Shown here: positions 33,901 through 44,479 of the stretch, in pieces
How the letters are laid out: every line of letters begins with the position of its first letter
How positions within the stretch are numbered: position 1 is the first letter of the stretch
Source of the DNA: Paramoeba atlantica
Lineage: Eukaryota; Protista; Discosea
Direction: 5' to 3'
Length of the DNA: 64,000 nucleotides
Assembly: GCA_977017575.1 (NCBI GenBank)
Contig: CDRNVI010000048.1
Coordinates: 248,001-312,000 of the forward strand
Notes under the pieces: model-generated
Database searches by the model: none
What the model saw: only the letters and a program-made list of their open reading frames with translations
What the model was told of the DNA's origin: nothing
Translations under genes and position numbers: made by a program

Positions 33901-35371
33901 GGGGCACGAGATGGGATTACCATGGGGGCTAGGGTGTTTTTCCTGCAGCTTTAGCAGGGTTTCCTCGCTGTATGGTGCAAGTGGAGCTGCAGTAAGGGCA
34001 GCCATGCCTCGGGAAAATTCTCCTTGGCGAACCAGAATTTCAGCCCGTATTGCAGCCTTGTCTTCTTCACCCTCAATCTCATTATTCGGCACTTTTGAGC
34101 GCTTCCTGTCATGCTCCGAATTTGCTTGGGCCCATAGGGTGGTATATTGGCCTTGTATCCAAAGTTCCATTCGCTTTGAGATGTAGGAGGTATAGGACTT
34201 GTGAGCTTTGCGGCCTCCTCGGTACGGGGCTGGTAGGACGCATTTCGGAAGCAAGGCAAGAAGGGTCCAGGCTCTCAGTGAGTTTTCGTTTACCGCGGTG
34301 GAGAGGGCTGCGGTAAAAATTCTGGTCCACAGATATCGACATCGGTGTGGGACATCCTTGCACGTGCTTATTTGAGTCGTGCAAACTTCCTCTAGGGACG
34401 GTAGACTATGCGTACCTTGTATATCGTACATGGCTTCCCCGGACTCTGACAGCTGTGAAGGCTGCTGTGGTTGTGAGGGCGGCTGCGAGGAGGGTGGTGT
34501 AGATTGCATTTTACAATGATTCAAATGAGAAGTTTTCTTGCTAATATCGTAATGACGACCGCATGCGTCGCAGAGAAATCGTCCTTCCTTTGTCCACCAG
34601 TCATTGGGTATGTTATTTCCGTGTCGGTAAGCAACGTGGTTGTAGTACGACTGCCATTGACCTCCATGGGCACGAGTTTTCCAAATACAGTTTTCTGCGG
34701 GGCACTCCCTTTGTGTCGGACGGTTTTGGGAAGATGGAAACGTGAGAACTGCTTCGCTCGTCGAAGGTGGGATTTCAAGGGAAGTTCCTTGTACTATTTG
34801 GCGTGGAGAGTTGTTTTCGGGGTTATGTTCCGTCGCTTCCCCTTTTCGAGGTGTAGCTGGTTCGCGCGCTTTTCGATGAGACTTTACGATTCCCCGATTC
34901 CCTTTGACGCTTGGGGGTGTGGAAGATGGTTGGCATCGAGTAAACTTTTTAGTGATAGTGTTGCTATCAGATTGCGTTTTTTGGTGTCCATGATGTAATC
35001 TGATGACTCGTGAGTGGTTTGTTTCCTCATCGCTACTATCTACCTGTCCCGTATCATGTGTCTGGTTCTCAGTTGAGATCAAGGCGGCGTTCATGTTCCA
35101 TTCTTCCGGAATGTTCGCAGGAATAGGGGTCGTGTAGAGCAATTCGTTGTACGTACTCCGTTGCTTAATGAGATGTGCGTTTCCAGCAAACTGGTCCCAG
35201 GATCCTCTATTGTGTACTGCTTCCTCTTGTAAAAATGAATCGTCGTCCATCGGCGGAGGTGAGGCTTTGAGAAGATCGTTTTCAGACATGAGAAAGAACC
35301 GCGTACCTGGAAAAGATGAAATAAAGAAAATAATTCAACAAGGTACAGAAACTGTATCTTTATCGTTAAAG
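30950..35371 (-). mobile_element. Full-length CRE family E copy 1 (frameshifted), with SL head 35336-35371
   Basis: ORF 35289-31494 is broken near 31945 by loss of 5 G relative to E2. Confidence 0.92.
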
Positions 35372-35509
35372 AGTCTTTTTTTTTTTTTTTTTTTTTTTTT
35401 TGCAATTAATAAGGGGGGAGAAGTATGAATCGCGGCATTGCCTCTATATTTTGACCCAGTAGACGAACCAAGTAGGTCCATTGGGGGGGGGGTATACGAG
35501 TTGAAAACT

Positions 35510-35541
<32 letters not shown>

Positions 35542-35542
<1 letters not shown>

Positions 35543-38500
35543 GGGGGGGGGGGTATACGAATTGAAAACAAACAATCAAATTAGCAATTCTTTTTCTGTC
35601 CACAGATGTACCTTTTTTCTCAGCCCAAAACTAGCAATTTAGTCTCCCCTAAGTATATACTACAAACAAGAAAAACAGTAAAAATTAAAACAAGCAATCC
35701 ATGCCCAATCCATTCGCGCGTTCCGGACCGGGTCTTTCGACCTCTCCACGGCCTGACTTGTGAACCCTTCCCTTGTTATATGGGAGGGCGCAGGCGCGGG
35801 CCTGTGTCGACAGCGACACGGTCGCGAAACAGGATGCTGGCCGACGGGGAGGAGATTCACTGCCCGTGTACTACCTCACTTGGGGTACCTAGCCCTCGCG
35901 AGCTAGGCGTGAGTATAGACTCTGTCGACGCGACCAGCACCCTAATCGTCTTGTTACCCTAGAGGACCATGCCTGTGGGCCCTACTCCCCTTCCAGGGGA
36001 GCTTGGGGGTCACTGACGACTATCCGGGAGACCATCATGCGGGCCTGAGAGCGCATGAGTGTGACGTTAAGCTCTTTCAGAAGGTCATTTCGGGCTTGAG
36101 CATCCGTGAGAAGACCTTTTGACGAGTTGGCGCGCAGTGCTCCCACCTTCCATAAGACCGCCATTGCGCTTTTACTCCACGAGCCAAAAGACTCGACAAC
36201 CATGGCCGTGAACCCTAGTTGTGCTTCTTCTGCTTCTTGACGTTGTTTTTCCTTCGTTTCTGAGTAATGCTCGGCGAAAGACCCTGCAGCCACCCAGCTA
36301 GCATTCCGGACAGAGTCCAAATACTTTGTTTGCTGTGCGTGGGTGACTGCGAAGTCTAGTACCATGCCTTTCCCTAGAGTGTACGTGGGGAGGAAAACGT
36401 CAGCCGGTCTGGTGAGACCCCCTCCTGGCCCCCGATTTCCTAGACTTTTTTCTCGCTGGGGAGCCATGTTGGCCTTGCTGCAAAAGGAGGCGAATTCTAC
36501 ACAAAGCGCATTGTGCCGCGTGATGAGGCCATGTCCGTTCTTGCACAATAATGCATGCTCCCCATTTTTCTGTAGGGGTAGGGAACACCCGTTTGCTGTG
36601 CAGGGGCGGTCTTGGCCATAAATGTCCATGCCAAACCACCAGCGCGATAACGTGCGGAACTCGGTTGGTGTGAAAGCAAAACCTTTACTCCTTGAGGGCG
36701 TGACGAAGGCCCAGCTCCCAGCTCCCTTTCCTGACTGTGAAACCCATCGTGCTCGGGTGCGGGGGTCGGCCTGGCCGTAGGCTGTAGTGAATTCCTGCTG
36801 CGATATGGCTTGGCTCAGTTGCTGCTGCCGGGGTATAACCATTTCCGGCTCGGCCGTCTTATCCGCGTCCATGTTGTTGAGTATGTGTCGTGGGCGTTTG
36901 CTTCTCGAGGTGAGGTTGTGTCTTTGGCTGGACTCTGGATGTGGTTTATTCTGTTTCGGGATGCGTCCTGTACCGGGATCCACAAGTTCTACCCCCGCCT
37001 TTCTATTCACGTCCTGCACGGAAATGGTGAATCCCTCGGCTTCTGAAGGGTCCCAATCGTCTGCATCGGCGGCGTGCGCAACGGAGGAGACATATGCTGC
37101 TGTTGCGTGGAGGAGAGAAGACCTGAGACCAAAACCCCCGTTGCGCTTCTTACGTTGGATTTGGTCACGCGCGTGGGAATCCAGAGGGAAAAGTGCCCAT
37201 TCCGCGGCTTTTAGAACATTTTCATCAAGGGAATTACAAAGCTCAGAAAGCGCCTGAGGGGGTGTCGTGCGAAGTGCGTAGACCATTTGACAGAATCCAG
37301 TGCACTGCCGGATGAGGGACATGGCTACTTGTGGGTCTCCTATGAAACCTATTGCGTCTAATGTTTCGCGTGCGGGCTCAATGGCTTCTGACCTGAGAAA
37401 CTCCACGCAATGCTCCGCTGACCCAATCGGGGAGCCCAAGATGTCGAAATTTCCATCAGTACGAGTTTTAGTCTTCGGTATCTCTGGAAATAATCCTGTG
37501 AGATGGGATGAAGCAGGCGGTGTTATTATCTCACATTTCGATGGGTTTAGGAAAAGTCCGCATCGGGAGCCAACATTGGAAAAAACATCGAGCGCCTTCC
37601 TGACCTCCTCAGCCTCCCCTATGAGTACCCCGTCATCTAGGTACCAAAGTTGAGTGTCTAGATTCGACCGAGACGATATTTCTTCTGTTACACTGGATAG
37701 TACTAGAGAGAAGAGAAGAGGGCCTAGTGGGTCTCCTTGTTGTACCCCCTCTGCCGAGGGTATGACATTGTCTCTGTAGGTAAGACAGCTCACGTTGGAG
37801 TAACACCACTCTACCCAAGGTGAGAGTTCGGGGAAATTTAAGCGCGTGGTTAGGGTGAGAACAGGCCTGCTGACGTTATTGAAAGCGTTTCTTAAGTCCA
37901 CTTTGCAGAAGACAAAATTGTCACTCCCCAGGTTATTGAGCATGGCTCTCCGGCAGAGGTGGATAACTCGTTCGGCTCCCGCGGGGGCTGCTACACCATA
38001 TTGTCGCCCGTTGAACAGAGTACCCGCTTTCTCCTTTATCGAGATACATGCCGCCTTGCTTACGAGGCGTCTAAGGGTTTCACCCGCTGCGATTGGTCGA
38101 ACATCGTCCTCGCCTTTTTCCAGGGCGCAGAGCCGGGCTCCAGCGTAGAATGATTGGACGTCTTGTGGCGCTTTTCCTTGAAGCATGTGGTTCACTAGTC
38201 GCGTGAGGGCCGAGAGAGGATTCACATCCTTGTCCACATGTTCCAAGATGGCTGCCTGGAGGTGCTCTGGACGAAGGCCCATCGTGCCGGCTGAAGATCC
38301 CCTGCGGAAGCTGACGATCGCTTTTTTGACCTCTGTTTCCTCTAGGTGTAGGGGGTTGCCCTCGATCGGTGGTAGATCATTCTGCAAGGGATTTTCGTGT
38401 GGGTCTGGATGCTTCTCCAAGAGCTTTTCGAGGGTATCTGCATTGTCTGGCGCCATGGGGGCTGCGGTTAGGGCTGCCATTCCCCTGGAAAATTCCCCCT

Positions 38501-39650
38501 GGCGGGCCAAGAGTTCGGCTCGAATTGCCGCTCTGTCTGCATCGATTTCGGAGTCGCGTGATCTGGAGCGCTTTTTATAATGATCCCTCTGGGCATCTTC
38601 CCATAGCAAGAGGTACTCCCCCGCTAGCCACAGTTTCATGCGGTTTTCGACGTACGTAGAGTATGATGTGTGGCCTTTGCGACCGCCTCGGAAAGGTGCT
38701 GGTAGGACACACTTAGGGAGCATTGCGAGAAGTGTCCATGCCTCTACCGTGTTTTCCTTCACTGCGGATGTCAAGGATTGCGTGAGGATGCTCGCCCAGA
38801 GGAATCTGCAACAGTGTGGAACGTCTTTGCAGGTACTCATGGGAAGTGCGCAGATGGAGCCGAGTGATGGCAAATTGTCTGTTGGATTTTCTTCTGCGTT
38901 TTGGGGACGTGCCGTTGGTGGGGCTAATGACCGTCCGGAATTGTTGCGGCCCCTGCAGTTTTTGGGGTGAGACTTGAGCTTGTTCTTGGCGTAGTGTCTG
39001 CCACAATCTCTGCAGAGGAATCTTCCCTCTCCCTCCCACCACTCGTTTGGAATGTTTTTGCCGTGTCGATGAGCTACATGGTGATAAAATGCCTGCCATT
39101 TTCCGCTATGTGGTGGGGTTTTCCACGTACATCCTTCTGCTGGGCATTGACGTTCTACATCCTTCTGCTGCGTATTGGCGTTGTGGTATGTGGTAGGGGC
39201 AGAATCAGTATTCTTGCGCTTTGTAGCCTTAGTTGGAGAGAAAATGTGGGCGGATGAGGCCTCCGAAGTAATTCCCACGTTGTTTGCCACGACAAGGGAG
39301 TGATTTGTCTCTTCGTCCGCGGTCATTCTGCCTGTGTCCGGTGTAGGTTCCTCTGCCGCGATCTTGTAGGCTCTTTCGGTCCAGTGTTTAGGTACGTTTT
39401 CGGGGATAGGTGTCGTATACAAAAGTTCATTGTAGGTGCTTTGGCCGGAAATCAGGTGAGCGTTTCCTGCGAATTGGTCCCAATCTCCGGGTTTGTGTGA
39501 CATTTGTTCCTGGCGAAAAGAGTCATCATCCATTGGTAACGCGTTGGCATCAAAGGAATCATCGGGCGGCATGGTGCGACCCTAGTAAGCAATAAAGAGA
39601 AAGAAAAATTAATTCAACAAGGTACAGAAACTGTATCTTTATCGTTAAAG
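35542..39650 (-). mobile_element. Full-length CRE family D copy 2, with SL head 39615-39650
   Basis: Polyadenylated early, at the C-run; a separate terminal fragment (35401-35511) lies downstream. Confidence 0.95.
35982..39572 (-). CDS. CRE family D protein (1196 aa), intact
   Basis: ORF track; same motifs as D1. Confidence 0.95.
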   Translation of the reverse strand: MPPDDSFDANALPMDDDSFRQEQMSHKPGDWDQFAGNAHLISGQSTYNELLYTTPIPENVPKHWTERAYKIAAEEPTPDTGRMTADEETNHSLVVANNVGITSEASSAHIFSPTKATKRKNTDSAPTTYHNANTQQKDVERQCPAEGCTWKTPPHSGKWQAFYHHVAHRHGKNIPNEWWEGEGRFLCRDCGRHYAKNKLKSHPKNCRGRNNSGRSLAPPTARPQNAEENPTDNLPSLGSICALPMSTCKDVPHCCRFLWASILTQSLTSAVKENTVEAWTLLAMLPKCVLPAPFRGGRKGHTSYSTYVENRMKLWLAGEYLLLWEDAQRDHYKKRSRSRDSEIDADRAAIRAELLARQGEFSRGMAALTAAPMAPDNADTLEKLLEKHPDPHENPLQNDLPPIEGNPLHLEETEVKKAIVSFRRGSSAGTMGLRPEHLQAAILEHVDKDVNPLSALTRLVNHMLQGKAPQDVQSFYAGARLCALEKGEDDVRPIAAGETLRRLVSKAACISIKEKAGTLFNGRQYGVAAPAGAERVIHLCRRAMLNNLGSDNFVFCKVDLRNAFNNVSRPVLTLTTRLNFPELSPWVEWCYSNVSCLTYRDNVIPSAEGVQQGDPLGPLLFSLVLSSVTEEISSRSNLDTQLWYLDDGVLIGEAEEVRKALDVFSNVGSRCGLFLNPSKCEIITPPASSHLTGLFPEIPKTKTRTDGNFDILGSPIGSAEHCVEFLRSEAIEPARETLDAIGFIGDPQVAMSLIRQCTGFCQMVYALRTTPPQALSELCNSLDENVLKAAEWALFPLDSHARDQIQRKKRNGGFGLRSSLLHATAAYVSSVAHAADADDWDPSEAEGFTISVQDVNRKAGVELVDPGTGRIPKQNKPHPESSQRHNLTSRSKRPRHILNNMDADKTAEPEMVIPRQQQLSQAISQQEFTTAYGQADPRTRARWVSQSGKGAGSWAFVTPSRSKGFAFTPTEFRTLSRWWFGMDIYGQDRPCTANGCSLPLQKNGEHALLCKNGHGLITRHNALCVEFASFCSKANMAPQREKSLGNRGPGGGLTRPADVFLPTYTLGKGMVLDFAVTHAQQTKYLDSVRNASWVAAGSFAEHYSETKEKQRQEAEEAQLGFTAMVVESFGSWSKSAMAVLWKVGALRANSSKGLLTDAQARNDLLKELNVTLMRSQARMMVSRIVVSDPQAPLEGE

Positions 39651-39674
39651 TTTTTTTTTTTTTTTTTTTTTTTT

Positions 39675-42600
39675 GGCATTGCCTCTATATTTTGACCCAG
39701 TAGACGAACCAAGTACATAGTAGGTCCATTAGGGGGGTATATGAATTTAAAACAAGCAATCAAATTAGCAATTCTTTTTATTTCCACAGAAGTATATTTT
39801 CTTTTTCTTTTTTCTCAGCCCAAAACTAGCAATTTAATCTCCCCTAAGTATATACGACAAACAAGACACAGTAAAAATAAAAACAAGCAATCCAGACCCA
39901 ATCCATTCGCGCGTTCCGGACCGGGTCTTTCGACCACTCCACGGCCTGACTTGTGAACCCTTCCCTTGTTATGTGGGAGGGCGCAGGCGCGGGCCTGTGT
40001 CGACAGCGACACGGTCGCGAAACAGGATGCTGGCCGACGGGGAGGAGATTCACTACCCGTGTACTACCTCACTTGGGGTACCTAGCCCTCGCGGGCTAGG
40101 CGTGAGCATAGTCTCTGTCGACCCGGCCAGCACCCGTCCTGGATATTATGGCGTCTTCGTGCTGAAACTGGACTGTCAGTAGAGGCTTAAGCCTCTACCA
40201 AAGGATCCGCTGGGTCCTCTACGCGGATGCGCGAAACCATCATCCTGGCTTGAGAACGCATTAGCGTTACGTTCAGATCTGTTAGGAGATCGTTTCGCGC
40301 TTGGTCTCGTGAAAGGAGCCCTTTGGATGCATTCGCCCGTTGGGTTCCGATGTCCCGGAGTAACGCTAGCGCACTCTCGCTCCAGGAACCAAAGGATTCC
40401 ACCACCATCGCTGTGAAGAGATGTCCTGCTTTTTCTGCTTCTTGTCGCTGTCGCGCCTTGGTCTCCGCGAAGTGCTCGGCAAAAGACCCCGGGGTCACCC
40501 AGCTAGCATTGTGGACTGAGTCCAAATACTTTGTTTGCTGTGCGTGAGTGACCGCAAAATCTAGGACCATGCCTTGCGCTAAAGATCCTTTGGCGATGGA
40601 GGCAGTTGGCAGAAATACGTCTGCTGGTCTCGTGAGAGCCCCCCCAGGACCCCGATTTCCCAAACTCTTCTCTCTCTGTGGCGCCAGGAAGGCTCTGCTG
40701 CAGAACGATGTAAATTGTTGGGCCAGAGCGTTGTGCCGTGAGATGATACCATGGCCGTTCTTGCAGAGCAAAGCGTGCTCTCCATTCTTGAGCAAGGGAA
40801 GGGTGCACCCGTCAGCTGGGCAAGGCCGATCTTCGGGGAAGACGTCCATGCCTAGCCACCAGCGTGTTAGGGTACGAAACTCCGTGTGGGTGAAAGCGTA
40901 GCCTCTGGTCTTGGAGGGAGTTGCGAAAGCCCAGTTTCCGGCCCCTTTTCCGGACTGCGAGATCCATCGCGCCCGCGTTCTTGCGTCTGCCTTTGAATAT
41001 GCCGTTTGAAATTCCCTATCCGAGATAGCTTGGCTGAGATGTTTTTGCCTCGGGATGATCTTTTCCTGATCCGTCGAGACCGGGAGAAGGGCGTGATTGA
41101 GGGATTGTGCGAGTTTTCTTTTCGCTGGGCGGGAAAGGATGCTCCGATTTGCATGATATTCACCAGGCACACTAGGTTTGGTAATGCGTCCAGTGTATGG
41201 ATCAACCAGATCAGTCCCAACTTTGTCATTTATGTCATGTGCTGAGCTGGAAAATCCCTCAGCTTCTGTGGGGTCCCAGTTGTCCAAGCTAGCGGCGTGC
41301 GCGACGGAAGAAACGTAGGCTGCTGACTGGTGGAGAATTGATGAGCGAAGTCCGAACCCGCCGTGGCGTTTTGGTCGTTGTATTTGGTCGCTAGCGGCGA
41401 CGCCTAAGGGAGAAATTGCGTGCTCCACGGCCTGGACTAGATGAGAGTCAAGTTTTTGGCATAATTCTCCAAGGGCTTGGGGAGGAGTGGTGCGCAGTGC
41501 GTACACCATCTGACAAAACCCCGAACATTGCCGTATTAGTGCGAGAGCTATTTGGGGATCTTCTAACACAGCAGTAGCTTCTAATGTTTCGCGGGCTGGT
41601 TCAATCGCGTGTGTCATGAGAAACTCCGCACAGTGTTCCGCAGAGCCTATTGGGCTTCCAAGAATGTCGAAGTTCCCGTCGTACCGTATTTTATCACTGG
41701 GGATGTCAGGAAAGAAAACGGAGGTATGAGCTGATGCTGGGGGGGTAATGATCTCGCACTTGGAGAGATTCAGGAAGAGTCCCCACTTCGGTCCTATCTC
41801 GTCGAGGACGTCTAGGGCTTTACGGACTTCTTTGGGCTCACCTACAAGCACACCGTCATCTAAATACCATAATTGTGTTCGTAGGTTAGAATTTGATGCA
41901 ATTTCTTCTGTTACCTCTGCTAACACCAAGGAGAAGAGGAGTGGGCCCAGAGGGTCTCCTTGTTGCACTCCTTCTGCCGAGGGGATAAAATCATTGCCGA
42001 ATGTGAGACAGCTGTGATTGGCATAACACCATTCTACCCATGGGGATAGTTCAGGGAAATGCTTTCGTGTGAGGAAGATGAAGACGGGTCGGCTCACGTT
42101 ATTAAAGGCGTTCCGAAGATCCACCTTACAGAACGTTATGTTCTCATTTTCTTCATTATTTCTCATTAGACGGCGACAAAGGTGTATCACTCTTTCCGCC
42201 CCAGCAGACGCTGCGACCCCGTATTGACGACGTCCAAAGAAGGATCCTGCTTTTTCTTTTATCGAAAGGCACACTGCCTTGCTCACCAGGCGTCTAAGGG
42301 TTTCCCCCGCAGCGATAGGCCGCACGTCATCTTCCCCTTTTTCGAGTGCGCATAGCCGTGCCCCTGCAAAAAAAGGTTGCACTTCGTCTGGGGCTTTGCC
42401 AGCTAGGAGATGGTTTACGAAGGAAGTGAGCGTCGTAAGAGGATTCATATTCTGGTCGACGTGCTCTTGAAGCGCTGTTTGGAGGTGTTCAGGCCGGAGC
42501 CCCATAGTCCCAGCAGAGGATCCGCGACGGAAGGTATCTACTGCTTTTCTCACCTCGGATTCGTCCAGTTTTAAAGCTTCTTCTTCCAGGGGAGGTAGGG

Positions 42601-44069
42601 GGCACGAGATGGGATTACCATGGGGGCTAGGGTGTTTTTCCTGCAGCTTTAGCAGGGTTTCCTCGCTGTATGGTGCAAGTGGAGCTGCAGTAAGGGCAGC
42701 CATGCCTCGGGAAAATTCTCCTTGGCGAACCAGAATTTCAGCCCGTATTGCAGCCTTGTCTTCTTCACCCTCAATCTCATTATTCGGCACTTTTGAGCGC
42801 TTCCTGTCATGCTCCGAATTTGCTTGGGCCCATAGGGTGGTATATTGGCCTTGTATCCAAAGTTCCATTCTCTTTGAGATGTAGGAGGTATAGGACTTGT
42901 GAGCTTTGCGGCCTCCTCGGTACGGGGCTGGTAGGACGCATTTCGGAAGCAAGGCAAGAAGGGTCCAGGCTCTCAGTGAGTTTTCGTTTACCGCGGTGGA
43001 GAGGGCTGCGGTAAAAATTCTGGTCCACAGATATCGACATCGGTGTGGGACATCCTTGCACGTGCTTATTTGAGTCGTGCAAACTTCCTCTAGGGACGGT
43101 AGACTATGCGTACCTTGTATATCGTACATGGCTTCCCCGGACTCTGACAGCTGTGAAGGCTGCTGTGGTTGTGAGGGCGGCTGCGAGGAGGGTGGTGTAG
43201 ATTGCATTTTACAATGATTCAAATGAGAAGTTTTCTTGCTAATATCGTAATGACGACCGCATGCGTCGCAGAGAAATCGTCCTTCCTTTGTCCACCAGTC
43301 ATTGGGTATGTTATTTCCGTGTCGGTAAGCAACGTGGTTGTAGTACGACTGCCATTGACCTCCATGGGCACGAGTTTTCCAAATACAGTTTTCTGCGGGG
43401 CACTCCCTTTGTGTCGGACGGTTTTGGGAAGATGGAAACGTGAGAACTGCTTCGCTCGTCGAAGGTGGGATTTCAAGGGAAGTTCCTTGTACTATTTGGC
43501 GTGGAGAGTTGTTTTCGGGGTTATGTTCCGTCGCTTCCCCCTTTCGAGGTGTAGCTGGTTCGCGCGCTTTTCGATGAGACTTTACGATTCCCCGATTCCC
43601 TTTGACGCTTGGGGGTGTGGAAGATGGTTGGCATCGAGTAAACTTTTTAGTGATAGTGTTGCTATCAGATTGCGTTTTTTGGTGTCCATGATGTAATCTG
43701 ATGACTCGTGAGTGGTTTGTTTCCTCATCGCTACTATCTACCTGTCCCGTATCACGTGTCTGGTTCTCAGTTGAGATCAAGGCGGCGTTCATGTTCCATT
43801 CTTCCGGAATGTTCGCAGGAATAGGGGTCGTGTAGAGCAATTCGTTGTACGTACTCCGTTGCTTAATGAGATGTGCGTTTCCAGCAAACTGGTCCCAGGA
43901 TCCTCTATTGTGTACTGCTTCCTCTTGTAAAAATGAATCGTCGTCCATCGGCGGAGGTGAGGCTTTGAGAAGATCGTTTTCAGACATGAGAAAGAACCGC
44001 GTACCTGGAAAAGATGAAATAAAGAAAATAATTCAACAAGGTACAGAAACTGTATCTTTATCGTTAAAG
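39675..44069 (-). mobile_element. Full-length CRE family E copy 2, with SL head 44034-44069
   Basis: SL, 5' UTR, intact ORF, structured UTR, poly(A). Confidence 0.95.
40187..43987 (-). CDS. CRE family E protein (1266 aa), intact
   Basis: Two Zn fingers, RT (YLDD), CCHC knuckle, REL motifs. Confidence 0.95.
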   Translation of the reverse strand: MSENDLLKASPPPMDDDSFLQEEAVHNRGSWDQFAGNAHLIKQRSTYNELLYTTPIPANIPEEWNMNAALISTENQTRDTGQVDSSDEETNHSRVIRLHHGHQKTQSDSNTITKKFTRCQPSSTPPSVKGNRGIVKSHRKAREPATPRKGEATEHNPENNSPRQIVQGTSLEIPPSTSEAVLTFPSSQNRPTQRECPAENCIWKTRAHGGQWQSYYNHVAYRHGNNIPNDWWTKEGRFLCDACGRHYDISKKTSHLNHCKMQSTPPSSQPPSQPQQPSQLSESGEAMYDIQGTHSLPSLEEVCTTQISTCKDVPHRCRYLWTRIFTAALSTAVNENSLRAWTLLALLPKCVLPAPYRGGRKAHKSYTSYISKRMELWIQGQYTTLWAQANSEHDRKRSKVPNNEIEGEEDKAAIRAEILVRQGEFSRGMAALTAAPLAPYSEETLLKLQEKHPSPHGNPISCPLPPLEEEALKLDESEVRKAVDTFRRGSSAGTMGLRPEHLQTALQEHVDQNMNPLTTLTSFVNHLLAGKAPDEVQPFFAGARLCALEKGEDDVRPIAAGETLRRLVSKAVCLSIKEKAGSFFGRRQYGVAASAGAERVIHLCRRLMRNNEENENITFCKVDLRNAFNNVSRPVFIFLTRKHFPELSPWVEWCYANHSCLTFGNDFIPSAEGVQQGDPLGPLLFSLVLAEVTEEIASNSNLRTQLWYLDDGVLVGEPKEVRKALDVLDEIGPKWGLFLNLSKCEIITPPASAHTSVFFPDIPSDKIRYDGNFDILGSPIGSAEHCAEFLMTHAIEPARETLEATAVLEDPQIALALIRQCSGFCQMVYALRTTPPQALGELCQKLDSHLVQAVEHAISPLGVAASDQIQRPKRHGGFGLRSSILHQSAAYVSSVAHAASLDNWDPTEAEGFSSSAHDINDKVGTDLVDPYTGRITKPSVPGEYHANRSILSRPAKRKLAQSLNHALLPVSTDQEKIIPRQKHLSQAISDREFQTAYSKADARTRARWISQSGKGAGNWAFATPSKTRGYAFTHTEFRTLTRWWLGMDVFPEDRPCPADGCTLPLLKNGEHALLCKNGHGIISRHNALAQQFTSFCSRAFLAPQREKSLGNRGPGGALTRPADVFLPTASIAKGSLAQGMVLDFAVTHAQQTKYLDSVHNASWVTPGSFAEHFAETKARQRQEAEKAGHLFTAMVVESFGSWSESALALLRDIGTQRANASKGLLSRDQARNDLLTDLNVTLMRSQARMMVSRIRVEDPADPLVEA

Positions 44070-44096
44070 TTTTTTTTTTTTTTTTTTTTTTTTTTT

Positions 44097-44456
44097 TGAC
44101 GAACCAAGTACATAGTAGGTCCATTAGGGGGGTATATGAATTTAAAACAAGCAATCAAATTAGCAATTCTTTTTATTTCCACAGAAGTATATTTTCTTTT
44201 TCTTTTTTCTCAGCCCAAAACTAGCAATTTAATCTCCCCTAAGTATATACGACAAACAAGACACAGTAAAAATAAAAACAAGCAATCCAGACCCAATCCA
44301 TTCGCGCGTTCCGGACCGGGTCTTTCGACCACTCCACGGCCTGACTTGTGAACCCTTCCCTTGTTATGTGGGAGGGCGCAGGCGCGGGCCTGTGTCGACA
44401 GCGACACGGTCGCGAAACAGGATGCTGGCCGACGGGGAGGAGATTCACTACCCGTG
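44097..44456 (-). mobile_element. 3'-UTR-only fragment, E-type
   Basis: Matches the E2 UTR; poly(A) on both sides. Confidence 0.85.
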
Positions 44457-44479
44457 TTTTTTTTTTTTTTTTTTTTTTT